This document shows, piece by piece, positions 1 to 9,400 of a stretch of DNA of 33,155 nucleotides. The stretch spans positions 1-33,155 of the forward strand of contig CAWAUM010000008.1 of the NCBI GenBank assembly GCA_963785235.1, in the 5' to 3' direction. Within the stretch, counting starts at the first letter, position 1, and the number at the start of each line of letters is the position of its first letter. The DNA is from an uncultured delta proteobacterium. GTDB lineage: Bacteria; Desulfobacterota; Desulfomonilia; UBA1062. The notes beneath the pieces are model-generated. The model searched no databases and was not told the DNA's origin. It saw only the letters and a list, made by a program, of their open reading frames with translations. The translations under genes and the position numbers were made by a program.

Positions 1-42
1 TCATCAACGCACTCCATTTGCCGGTTTTTTCATAGGAGATCT

Positions 43-1395
43 CTAGCGATTTCCTGTTGAGGTGTAAACCCCTGCAAATGGTTGTGGATTCATCAGCCCC
101 TTGAAATATCGCTTGCGGGTAGACAGATTGACCCCGGTGTACAGCTGGCAACCCAGCAGGGTTCGTTTCCATGGGCTCATGCCGAAGAAACGTTTTGTCA
201 TTGCGCCGAAAGAATAGGCTTGTCTGTTCAAGCGATTGAACCCGTTAGTGAGTTCTTCAGCCGTCATGCCTTTGGGTTGAAAAAGGAGTGTATCCGGAGG
301 ATATCCACGGAGCCACCAATCATGTACGAACAGCCTGCCCTCGCTTAAGAGCCGATTGTATAAACGTGTTCCCGGATAAGGGGTGAGAATCCTCAGCTGG
401 ACGACATCCAGACAACCTTTCAAGATAAATTCAAGGGTCTGCTCGAACACATCCTTGTTTTCGTAATCAAAACCAAAAACAAAGGAACCCAGTATACCGA
501 ATCCTTCGTTATGGAACCGATGCATGGCCTCATAGAAATCGATGCTCAGGTTTTTTATTTTTTTCACCTCATTCTGGGTGTTTTTCTGTACCGATTCGAA
601 TCCGATCAAAAGACCCAGGCACCCCGCACGTTTCATCAATCCCAGCAGTTCCAGATCTTCAGCTAAGGAGACCGTGCCTTGCGCCAGCCACCTGCGCCCA
701 AGGGGTATCATTTCAGTAAAAAGCTTTGTGGCAGCATTGCGGTTCAGCCCAAGGGCATCATCGACGAAGAAGAGGTAAGGGGTATCAATAGCCTCTATCT
801 CGGCAATCACCTCTTGAACCGGCCTGACTCGATATTGCTGCCCCAATATCTGGCCAATGCAGCAGAATTCGCAGTCGTACGGACACCCCCTGGATGTCTC
901 AACACCGATGGGGATAGGAATATACCCTTTACCGCTGGTTCCGGGGACGAGATCTCGCCGTGGGTTCGGCAGGTTTTTAAGATCGCTCATTTTACCGGCC
1001 TGATAAAGCCTTTGCATCTGCCCCGAAGCGGCATCCGATACAAGTCGTGGCCAGACACCCTCCGCTTCACCTACGACTACCGCGTCTGCATGCTCCAATG
1101 CTTCGTCAGGCAATACTGAGGGGTGTATTCCTCCCATCACCACCAGCACCTTCTTCCGGCGATAGGTGTCAGCGATATCATAGGCCCTCAGCACAAGCTC
1201 TGTCATGACGGTGATACCCACCAGATCCACATCCTGATCCGTGTCATCGGGGGCAAAGGTTTCATCGACAATGGTAACCGTGTGGCCGGGCGGTGTAAGC
1301 GCTGCCAGAAGAGGAAGGTTTACCCTTAGGAACTTGAAAGGGCTGGATAGACTATCTTCACTTTGATCACTCGGTGCGATAAGTTTTATCTTCAT
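43..1395 (-). CDS. Cobalamin (B12)-binding radical SAM protein (class B methyltransferase-like)
   Basis: CxxxCxxC motif (TSRGCPYDCEFC). N-terminal B12-binding domain (VVMGGIHPS...DAVVVGEAE). Typical FVDD, IGFES, FVFGFD and TPYPGT motifs. Start moved from the ORF track's 1497 to ATG 1395 (MKIKLIAP), which has AGGAG upstream and avoids overlap with the permease. Confidence 0.9.
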   Translation of the reverse strand: MKIKLIAPSDQSEDSLSSPFKFLRVNLPLLAALTPPGHTVTIVDETFAPDDTDQDVDLVGITVMTELVLRAYDIADTYRRKKVLVVMGGIHPSVLPDEALEHADAVVVGEAEGVWPRLVSDAASGQMQRLYQAGKMSDLKNLPNPRRDLVPGTSGKGYIPIPIGVETSRGCPYDCEFCCIGQILGQQYRVRPVQEVIAEIEAIDTPYLFFVDDALGLNRNAATKLFTEMIPLGRRWLAQGTVSLAEDLELLGLMKRAGCLGLLIGFESVQKNTQNEVKKIKNLSIDFYEAMHRFHNEGFGILGSFVFGFDYENKDVFEQTLEFILKGCLDVVQLRILTPYPGTRLYNRLLSEGRLFVHDWWLRGYPPDTLLFQPKGMTAEELTNGFNRLNRQAYSFGAMTKRFFGMSPWKRTLLGCQLYTGVNLSTRKRYFKGLMNPQPFAGVYTSTGNR

Positions 1396-1481
1396 AATTC
1401 TGATGTGCTCCTGTGGCCGGCAGGCCTCGAAACGCCCCAGCCCATATCCGGTGGTGTAGGTTTCATCTTCATTTCGTACTA

Positions 1482-2594
1482 TCAGTCCTCTTCCCATTTC
1501 GTGGCTATTATGCCAAGGATGAAGACAATGGCCGCGAAAACCCCGATGACCGCGGAGTGACGCAGCGCGGCCATGTTGTCTTCAAATACCATGGATGCCC
1601 TGAGCCCTTCGTTCACGTAATACAACGGCAGTGTCTTGGCGAACTTCTGCAGGAACCCGGGCATCAGCTCGATGGGGAAGAAGCTTCCCGAGAGGAACAT
1701 TATGGGGAAACTGATGGCATTTGCCGCAGCGGCTGCGCTCTGCGCCTCCTTGACGAAGCGGGTGAGTATCATCCCGATTCCGACGAACGCGAAGACGTCA
1801 AGTAAAATGAATGTAGGGAGCCAGGCGTCTAAGTGCAACTTGACATTAAACACGGCATAGCTCACCAGCAGCATCGCTATCGTTGATATGACCGCGAGTA
1901 TGAACTGGTAGAGGATGTCCGAGAGTATCCATTCGGTACGGGTGATGGGTGTCGTGGACAGTTTCCTGATGATGCCCTTCTGCCTGAGCTCCGTGTTCAG
2001 GTTCACCGTGCCGAACAGGCTCAGGGTCATCACCGCCATGGCGATTATGCCGGGGATGAAGAACTCAATAAACCGGTATTTCTTGGTGAGTATCGATTTC
2101 TGGACCGACCTGATGACCGGGGACTTCCCGGACATCTGCTGGTTTATACCGGCGAACACCAGGTTCAGGATCTCCATCTTCGTGGATACCGAAGAAGAAC
2201 TGGGGTCGTATATATAGGTGATGGTGACGGATGCGTCTGCGACGCCGAGCACCATCCTGTGCATGAGGGATTTTTCAAATCCTTTGGGAATGACGAGGAC
2301 GAGGTTCACCCCCTTGTCCCTGACGTACTGGGAGGCGTTGATGGCCGGGTCGACCTTGGTTATCTTAAACTTTCCGTTGCTCATGAGGGTCTTGATGGCC
2401 TGTGCGGATGAATCCGTCTGGTCGAGGTCCTGCACGCAAAGGTGGAAGGCCACGTTGTCCTGGCTCATGAAGATCGTGCCGAACACGAGTATCAGGATTA
2501 TCGGGAACGCAAGCGTGAAGAACATGGTGGTCTTCTCGCGGTAGACGCTCATGAGTTTCACAATGAGATTTGCGCCGATGACGCGCGGTTTCAT
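1482..2594 (-). CDS. ABC-2 type exporter permease
   Basis: N-terminal TM (FFTLAFPIILILVFG), large extracytoplasmic loop, five further TMs. ELRQKGIIRKLSTTP and FLSGSFFP...P motifs. TAATG-coupled to the ATPase gene. Confidence 0.9.
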   Translation of the reverse strand: MKPRVIGANLIVKLMSVYREKTTMFFTLAFPIILILVFGTIFMSQDNVAFHLCVQDLDQTDSSAQAIKTLMSNGKFKITKVDPAINASQYVRDKGVNLVLVIPKGFEKSLMHRMVLGVADASVTITYIYDPSSSSVSTKMEILNLVFAGINQQMSGKSPVIRSVQKSILTKKYRFIEFFIPGIIAMAVMTLSLFGTVNLNTELRQKGIIRKLSTTPITRTEWILSDILYQFILAVISTIAMLLVSYAVFNVKLHLDAWLPTFILLDVFAFVGIGMILTRFVKEAQSAAAAANAISFPIMFLSGSFFPIELMPGFLQKFAKTLPLYYVNEGLRASMVFEDNMAALRHSAVIGVFAAIVFILGIIATKWEED

Positions 2595-3544
2595 TACGCC
2601 TCCTTCTCACCGAGGTGACTGTCTTGGAGCGCCTCGCCGGTGAGCTTCAGGAAGACCTCTTCGAGGTTGGGTTTCCGAACGTCCAGGCCGAGGTACAGCG
2701 CCCCGGCATCCTTGATGGCGCTCAGTAACTTTTGTACATCGTCCGTGTGCTCCACCCTGACCTTGATGTCTTTGTGGTTGTCAAGAACAGCATCGAAGCC
2801 CATATTGCGGACGATTTCAAAGACCTTTTCATCCACGGACTGTAACGTGATGACCAGGTAATTTGTGTTGCTTTCGATGAGTTCTTCGGGAGAGCCCCTG
2901 GCGATGATCTTCCCCTTGGAAATGATTGCGACCGTGTCTGCAAGAAGCTCCGCCTCCTCCATATAGTGCGTGGTCAGAAACACCGTCTTGCCCTTCTTCT
3001 TCAGGCCCAGCAGGACTTCCCACACCTCGCGCCTTGCCCTGGGGTCGAGCCCTGTCGTAGGCTCGTCGAGGAACACCACCTCGGGGTCGTTCACGAGCGC
3101 AATCGCGATTCCAAGGCGCTGTTTCAAACCCCCGGAGAGGTTCATGTACTGATCTTTGGTCTTGTCCTTGAGGTTCACAAGCTCTATCAGGCCGTCGATA
3201 TCGGTGTTCATGCAGCAGAAAAGCCTGGAGTAGTACTGCAGGGTCTCTCTTACCGTTATCCTGTCGAACGAGCTGAACCCCTGCGGAAGAACACCGATGC
3301 GGGATACGATGTCGTGCTTCTTCTTTGTGACGTTCATTCCAAGAAGGGTCACCTTTCCGGAAGTGGGCCTGCGGATTGTGTCGATGATCTCGACGCTCGT
3401 GGTCTTGCCGGCACCGTTCGGGCCTAATAGGGCGAACACCTCGCCTTTCCTGACGGTGAACGATATGTCATTGACCGCCAGTAAATCCCCGTAGCGCTTC
3501 TTCAGGTTCTCGACAACGATAGCGTATTCAGTTTCTTTGGTCAT
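2594..3544 (-). CDS. ABC transporter ATP-binding protein (DrrA-like)
   Basis: Walker A GPNGAGKT, signature LSGGLKQR, Walker B VVFLDEPT, H-loop TTH, C-terminal PNLEEVFL. Real start ATG 3544 (MTKETEYA) after GGAG; the longer ORF overlaps the GNAT gene. Confidence 0.93.
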   Translation of the reverse strand: MTKETEYAIVVENLKKRYGDLLAVNDISFTVRKGEVFALLGPNGAGKTTSVEIIDTIRRPTSGKVTLLGMNVTKKKHDIVSRIGVLPQGFSSFDRITVRETLQYYSRLFCCMNTDIDGLIELVNLKDKTKDQYMNLSGGLKQRLGIAIALVNDPEVVFLDEPTTGLDPRARREVWEVLLGLKKKGKTVFLTTHYMEEAELLADTVAIISKGKIIARGSPEELIESNTNYLVITLQSVDEKVFEIVRNMGFDAVLDNHKDIKVRVEHTDDVQKLLSAIKDAGALYLGLDVRKPNLEEVFLKLTGEALQDSHLGEKEA

Positions 3545-4682
3545 GAATCTCCATTTCGCCTCTATGGGAGTCAGCAGGCCAGAACCCGAGGTGGCCGAGA
3601 ACCTTGTTGGCCACCGCCGACTGCGCGACAAGAAGACGGTCAAGCACTCTCTGGCGATGCTTGAATAAAATAAAGCTCGGGATAAAGGCTGCACCAAGGT
3701 GGGCTTTGGTCTTCTCCGTGCCCTGGCCCGCGTAATAGAAAGGGATTTTTTGCTCAACGCAGGTCCGGACATTTTCAAGCCAGGACAAGACATAAAGGTT
3801 GTATTTGCGGCCGAGTTCGTGATCCATGCAGAAATATTTATCCATCATGGCATTTTGTTTTACGACGAGGAGGTTGAAGGCGGCGAGTTTTTCCTGCACG
3901 AAATAAAGTGTATACTCGGTGTCTGGTATTTTCTCACAGATTTTTTCAAAAAATAAACGGTTGTGCGCCCCAAACGCTATGGGGCCTCTTGCAACTGTTT
4001 CCAGATAAAGCTCGTATATCCTGTCCATAAAAGGAGAAATAGTGCGACTTCGAATTACCCGGACTTCGGGGGCAACCCGCATTTTGCGGCGCAGGTCTTT
4101 TCTCGCGGATTTTGAAAAGCCGGCCAGGAATTCCTCCATGCTGTTGAAATTTACCGGCAAACGGGCGCAGGACTGACATTGCACCCGGTTGAACTGTTTG
4201 GATACGTGCTTGGGCAGTTTAGAGTAATGATTAAAGTTGTAAAGAGTCACGATGTCACTATTAAGTTCGGACGCAAGCGTTTGCAAGGTGTTGAAGGCCA
4301 TTTTGCATGCCGCATCGATGGTGTCCTCATCAATGTGAGGATCAATACCGATTTCACTCCATTCCCCTATCAGCAGCCCCACACCGAGAACACGGGGTTG
4401 AAAAAAAGAGGGGATGAGACGGCCTGCCACTTTCAGCGATTTTTTGATCCAACCCCCTACAAAAGAAGACAGATCAAACCGGGTTTCAAACAACGGCAAT
4501 AAGAGAATAGGGGCATCATCTTTAAACACAACGATGCTCCGCAGGTTATAACCGTCAATACCCGATTCCTGCAGCAGGGAAAGAAGGGGGGCGGTGATTG
4601 AAGGCTCCGGGAAAAGCCGTCCAAGTTCTGACGCAGAAACCCCGTCTAACCGCGGTATGCAATTGCAGGTAAGGTTGTTCAT
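3528..4682 (-). CDS. GNAT-fold acyltransferase, FemAB-like / Acetyltransf_6 family
   Basis: 384 aa. Motifs FNSMEEFLAGFSKSARKDLRRKMR, IYELYLETV, LFFEK and YAGQGTEKTKAHLGA match double-GNAT FemAB-like proteins. Confidence 0.7.
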   Translation of the reverse strand: MNNLTCNCIPRLDGVSASELGRLFPEPSITAPLLSLLQESGIDGYNLRSIVVFKDDAPILLLPLFETRFDLSSFVGGWIKKSLKVAGRLIPSFFQPRVLGVGLLIGEWSEIGIDPHIDEDTIDAACKMAFNTLQTLASELNSDIVTLYNFNHYSKLPKHVSKQFNRVQCQSCARLPVNFNSMEEFLAGFSKSARKDLRRKMRVAPEVRVIRSRTISPFMDRIYELYLETVARGPIAFGAHNRLFFEKICEKIPDTEYTLYFVQEKLAAFNLLVVKQNAMMDKYFCMDHELGRKYNLYVLSWLENVRTCVEQKIPFYYAGQGTEKTKAHLGAAFIPSFILFKHRQRVLDRLLVAQSAVANKVLGHLGFWPADSHRGEMEIHDQRN

Positions 4683-4761
4683 GTCCTATCGTTCTCCGAT
4701 TCAAAAGTGCGGTGGAAGGCCACCTCTTTCTCTTGAGGAAGCCAAAGTATCAGCGGAATAG

Positions 4762-5607
4762 TCACCGCTTCAAAGCCAGGTACCACTTTGTGGCATCGCT
4801 CCCGATTCCTAAAAGGGCAAGGTGGCGCAGATCCGCTTCCAGAACTTCGGGGGTGCTGTACTCCAGTATGCGGTATTGCGGATCTGTCCAAACACGCCGC
4901 GGCCGACACCAGAACCTCGTTTCCTGCGGCAAGGTGAGGCGAATGCGGTGGATCAGGTTGATGCCTGCCAGCGCCGCTGTTTCTGTCACCATATCGGTGC
5001 AGTTGTTGCTCCTCACGCCGAACTGGTCGTACTTCCGCTGCATCACGTATTCATGGATCAATTGATGCCGTCGCCGGGTAATGGGCATTCGCCAGACGAA
5101 CGAGGGGGGGCGATTGGGCTTGCCGATCTGGAATTGGCCATCAGACCTCGTCTGCCACAAATAAGCGATAGGGTTGGGATCCCCATCTTGAATGTTCTGA
5201 AACACGCCCTCATGGTAACGCGGTTTCGCTTCCCCGAAGTCTCCGGTGTGGCCGAATTCCAGACGATCCTGGGGACTTTCCAGGATGAGCCAACTATGCG
5301 CCCACGGACGCTGCCAAATTGAGAAGACAAGCGACGCCGCATTGCTGTAGTCCCAATCGGCAGCTTCGTTCAGGATATAGAGGTAATATCCCTCATCCCC
5401 CACGGGCGTTCTGGTGGCGGGATCCAGGTCGGCATCGGGGGCAAAACGGCACATGATCGAAATGGGTTGGGCACTCCAGCCATCGGGTTGCATCTGAGCG
5501 TGCAGCCTGGGTGTTTGGTGGGCGCATCTGGCTGTAACCCTCGCCAGTAATTTTATCACCACGAGGAGATGAGCGCGATATACTTGCTTGGATGCATTGC
5601 TACTCAT
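4762..5607 (-). CDS. Hypothetical protein, probable circularly permuted papain-like (NlpC/P60 superfamily) acyltransferase or amidase
   Basis: 281-aa ORF overlapping the PPTase stop. His motif WAHSWLILE precedes Cys motif YDQFGVRSNNCTDMV. The function is inferred. Confidence 0.6.
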   Translation of the reverse strand: MSSNASKQVYRAHLLVVIKLLARVTARCAHQTPRLHAQMQPDGWSAQPISIMCRFAPDADLDPATRTPVGDEGYYLYILNEAADWDYSNAASLVFSIWQRPWAHSWLILESPQDRLEFGHTGDFGEAKPRYHEGVFQNIQDGDPNPIAYLWQTRSDGQFQIGKPNRPPSFVWRMPITRRRHQLIHEYVMQRKYDQFGVRSNNCTDMVTETAALAGINLIHRIRLTLPQETRFWCRPRRVWTDPQYRILEYSTPEVLEADLRHLALLGIGSDATKWYLALKR

Positions 5608-6433
5608 TCATTCTTTCCCATTGTATCTTTGCCCCACGACCAATGTCTGGTTGATTGAGATAAGCATAACCGTATTCATTAACGTTGCGATCCAGATGGG
5701 CAATAGAAAACCATCCTTGCCTCTGGGGAAGCGAATATACCCACATGCAACGGCCGGCACCTACGTGCAAATGTTCCAAAACTTTTTCTGATATGCGCAC
5801 CGGAAAGGCATACACCCCTTCTCCGGCTACTGATGGATAAACATGGACCTGCTTTGGTTCTACCATATGAAATGCACACCCAATGGCTTTGACAACCGCT
5901 TCTTTAACGGACCAGAGCAGTGCTGATGCCTGTTCCACATCTCCGAGCGTCAAACTCAGTGCATGTCGAAACTCCTGTTCATGGAAGACCCGGTGAAAGG
6001 GGTATTCTCCTTTGAATTCGTAAGGCCCTGCCATATCGATACCGATCTCAGATCCGTCTCCACACAGGGCGGCCCAGACCTTTCCCCCACCCTCACTGAA
6101 GGAGATGGCCGGTCCCTGATGTTCTCCCAATATAAGATATGGCTTGCCCAACCGGTTACAGACCACCCGAATTGGCAAGTCTTGTCTGTTTGATGTGTGA
6201 TAAAATTTCCAAGGAGGATTTTTCATCGCCATGAGGTGATCCCACAGGATAGTTACCAGGAAGTGCTTATCGACCTCACCGATTGTTCTGCCTTCTTTTG
6301 AAGTTTCACCGGCACAGGGCAATGACCCATAGAGGGCGGAGCCCTTTTCATTCAGGAAACTGAGGGTATGAACGGTTATTCTCCGGCAATCCATTGCCAT
6401 AACCACGTCCATCTTTCCCATGCTGTTGTTCAA
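5600..6433 (-). CDS. 4'-phosphopantetheinyl transferase (Sfp-type)
   Basis: LGKPYL, IGID and WSVKEAVVKAIG (WxxKEAxxK) motifs. TTGA overlap with the PKS stop. Alternative starts at ATG 6421 or 6412. Confidence 0.85.
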   Translation of the reverse strand: MNNSMGKMDVVMAMDCRRITVHTLSFLNEKGSALYGSLPCAGETSKEGRTIGEVDKHFLVTILWDHLMAMKNPPWKFYHTSNRQDLPIRVVCNRLGKPYLILGEHQGPAISFSEGGGKVWAALCGDGSEIGIDMAGPYEFKGEYPFHRVFHEQEFRHALSLTLGDVEQASALLWSVKEAVVKAIGCAFHMVEPKQVHVYPSVAGEGVYAFPVRISEKVLEHLHVGAGRCMWVYSLPQRQGWFSIAHLDRNVNEYGYAYLNQPDIGRGAKIQWERMNE

Positions 6434-9400
6434 GGAGAAACCAAGTGCATCCGCATGCCATGAACCTGCATGATAGTCTTGCCCTGGTCATCAATCCCTC
6501 TGGCATCCCAGGTGAGGCTTTTCTCGTCCTGTTTGCGCATACGGGCCTCCAGTATTATCTGTTCCCCATCCCGGCATTTTCGGAAAAACCTCATTTCTCC
6601 GATCTCCATGGGAATCATGGAACGTCGCTGTGATGGTATCATTGCAATATTAGAGAAATTGGCCAGTTGCAAAAGTGCCTCGAAAAGATAGGGAGAGTAT
6701 TGGTATCGAGTATTCTGCAGATGCTTGAAGTCACTTGTCTCCCGGTAAACCGTCCGGCCTTTCACTACCCCTGAGCAGGCGCCGTCTATGGACTCCATCA
6801 CGCGATACCTGCCTGTAAGGCCACTGAACTCTTTGTACCATTTAAGAATTTTATTATGTCCCATTGGCTTTGTGCGCAGTTCTTCCATCCGGACAGGAAA
6901 ATCAGGGAATCCATTCCCCAGATATTCTTTCCCTCCATCGAGGATCACCTGGCCTATACAATACGGGATAAGTCTACTTGGCAATCCCCCTGAGACGGAG
7001 TGCTCCTGTATCGCAAGAGAGATCTCACATGATACCTCTCCAAGGGACGCATCGGCTCTTCGGCATGAGATTCTGGTAAGCCTTGGAAGCCAGGGGGTGC
7101 AACGGATCGTGTCTATGAATCGAATCCCTCGAACGCCGCGCACCTGCAGGTGCGGATATAAGATCCGTGCCGCTTCCATGAAGGTCTCCACAAGCATGGC
7201 TGCTGAAACCAGTGGATCCTTCATGAATTTGAAAGGCATGTGATCTGCGATCCAGAGATCTTTCTCCAGGGAGAAGGATCGAAAAGCCTCCAGGTATTCA
7301 CGGCGGACATCCAGGCAAGAGAGGCCGTCTATCATGGGAAAGTCCTCGGGGCTGAAGGTTGCGGTGCCTTCATCCAGTTCTCCCTTGACCGAAGGACGGA
7401 TTGCATCATCGAGCAGCGCAGTATTCACCGAAGGCAGTCTCCGCATAAACATCACCCAATCATCGTCTGCCGGTGCAATGGTGATCTCCCGGCAGAATAG
7501 CCCTGCAAGCTCATTTACATGAATATAATCCACACCCTTCCATTTCAGAAATTCCCGGACCTCCGGGTCTTGGGCCATGCCCGCCCCCTCGACAGGAGGA
7601 AGCATTAACGCCTTGAACTCTATGGCGGGGTTTTTTCTGTGGAGGTATCTGAGTAATCCGGACATCATCCGGTTGGCAGAAGCGTAGTTCGCCTGGCCGG
7701 GGTTGCCCTGTATGGCAGCCACTGATGAGAGGCCGATGAAAAACTTCAAGCCGGCCTCCTGTGAAGCGGAAAAAAGATTCCAGGCCCCGAGAAATTTGAC
7801 ATGGGTAACCAGCGAGAAATCATCCTCGGTCATTTCGCTTAAAAGGCCATCCCTGAGAATTCCGGCACCGTGAACAATCCCGTCTATCTTGCCATAACGG
7901 CTTACCACCTTACCTATGGTCGCACGAACCGCCTCGGAGTCGGTTACATCGCAGGTATAATAGGTTGCCTCGATCCCTGAAGAATGTAAATCCATCAGGG
8001 TTTGAGCGATCTCGGATGCCCTCTTGTCGGAAGTGAATGGCTCAGAAGGTGAAGGCCCCGGGGAAGGCTTTGCCGGGAAGGCATCAGTGTCTTGAGGGAC
8101 AGGGGTCCTCCCAAGCAGGACCAGACGAGGCGCGAAGGGCACAAGGCTGCGGGCAAGGTGGGCGCTGATACCGGTTGCACCCCCGGATATGACGACAACA
8201 TCCCCGGGCTTGAGATTCGTATTCGGCAGGTCTTTCAAGAGCACCGGGGCTATGTGTCCCTGCGAGGTCAAGACCTTTCCATCACGATGAATGGTCTCAA
8301 CCACGGTCAATCCTTTGTTCAGAACCGAGGATAAGACAGTGCGGAGATTACTCTGTGGGCCGATTTCCGCTGTGCGGAACTGGACCGATGGGTACTCCTG
8401 CGCTGCGCTTAAGAAGAGTCCGAGCATTGCCTCCGCAAGAAGCCGGCTTGGGGTTTCGGCATCCTGTCTGTTATGTATCAGGACAACAAACTTCTTGGCA
8501 GGGGACCTGAGGAATGTCTTCAGGAGGGAAAAGAGACCCCTGAGAAGCAGCGAGACATCAGTCACAGACCCGCATTGACGAAGCGAGATGATCATCCCTG
8601 AAACGGGAGACATTCCTGATATTGCGTCTGCAGCTTTTGCTGCCCCTTCATTGGTTCGAATATCGTGACCCTCTTCACCAGGACACGGGTTTTTCTGCAT
8701 GAACTCCATGGTATATGTCACGGCATGGTAATCCTGCCGGAAGATCTCTCCTGCATTCCTGCCGATTGCGTCCTCCCTGTCAGGACTAAGGAGGATGATC
8801 GACTCGCCCGGACTCAATTTGATTGGCAGTGAAACACCCGGCTCAACCGGTACCTGGTCGAACACGAGCCGTTTCAGGCTCACCTCATCTTCTGAAGGCT
8901 TCAGGGTTTCATCCCTGGCCGACCCAGGCTCAGTGGCCTTGGCGGCCGGCCGTGTGCTTGACCCATCATGCCTGGAGACTATTTCGGTAACCTTCTTTGC
9001 GAAGTCCCTCACCGTGTGGATATCGAAAAAATCCTTCATTTCTATGGTGATCCCGAAACGGCGTTCCACAGCTTCCATGATTACCGGGAGACGGCTGGAG
9101 CGAATGGACAGGTCTCTCCTGAGATCCATGTCAGGTTCAATCTCATCCCTGTTGAATCCCGTAGCATCCATGATGATTTGAATAAGCCCATCCAAATGAT
9201 CCTGGCTTTCTTCCGGGTTTGATCCTGCAAGTCCGGGTTTTGAGGGTTGTGATGCTGAGGGTTCAGCTTCTATCCGGTGGGCATCGGGGGTCTTTCTGAA
9301 TGCCCTGAGCGAAACAAACCTCGGTTCGCCCTGGACCTTCAGGTGGCCTTGAACAAAGAGTTGTGCAAGGGCGGTCCTGTATGTGAGTCCTTCTGCAGAA

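Noticed and set aside
3545-3793. N-terminal extension of the ABC ATPase in the ORF track
   Set aside because: It overlaps the GNAT gene in another frame. The family-like sequence and the RBS begin at 3544.
4766-4909. Upstream part of the 76-aa ORF 4679-4909
   Set aside because: It lies inside the 4762-5607 gene. Only the GTG-initiated 28-aa part is plausible.
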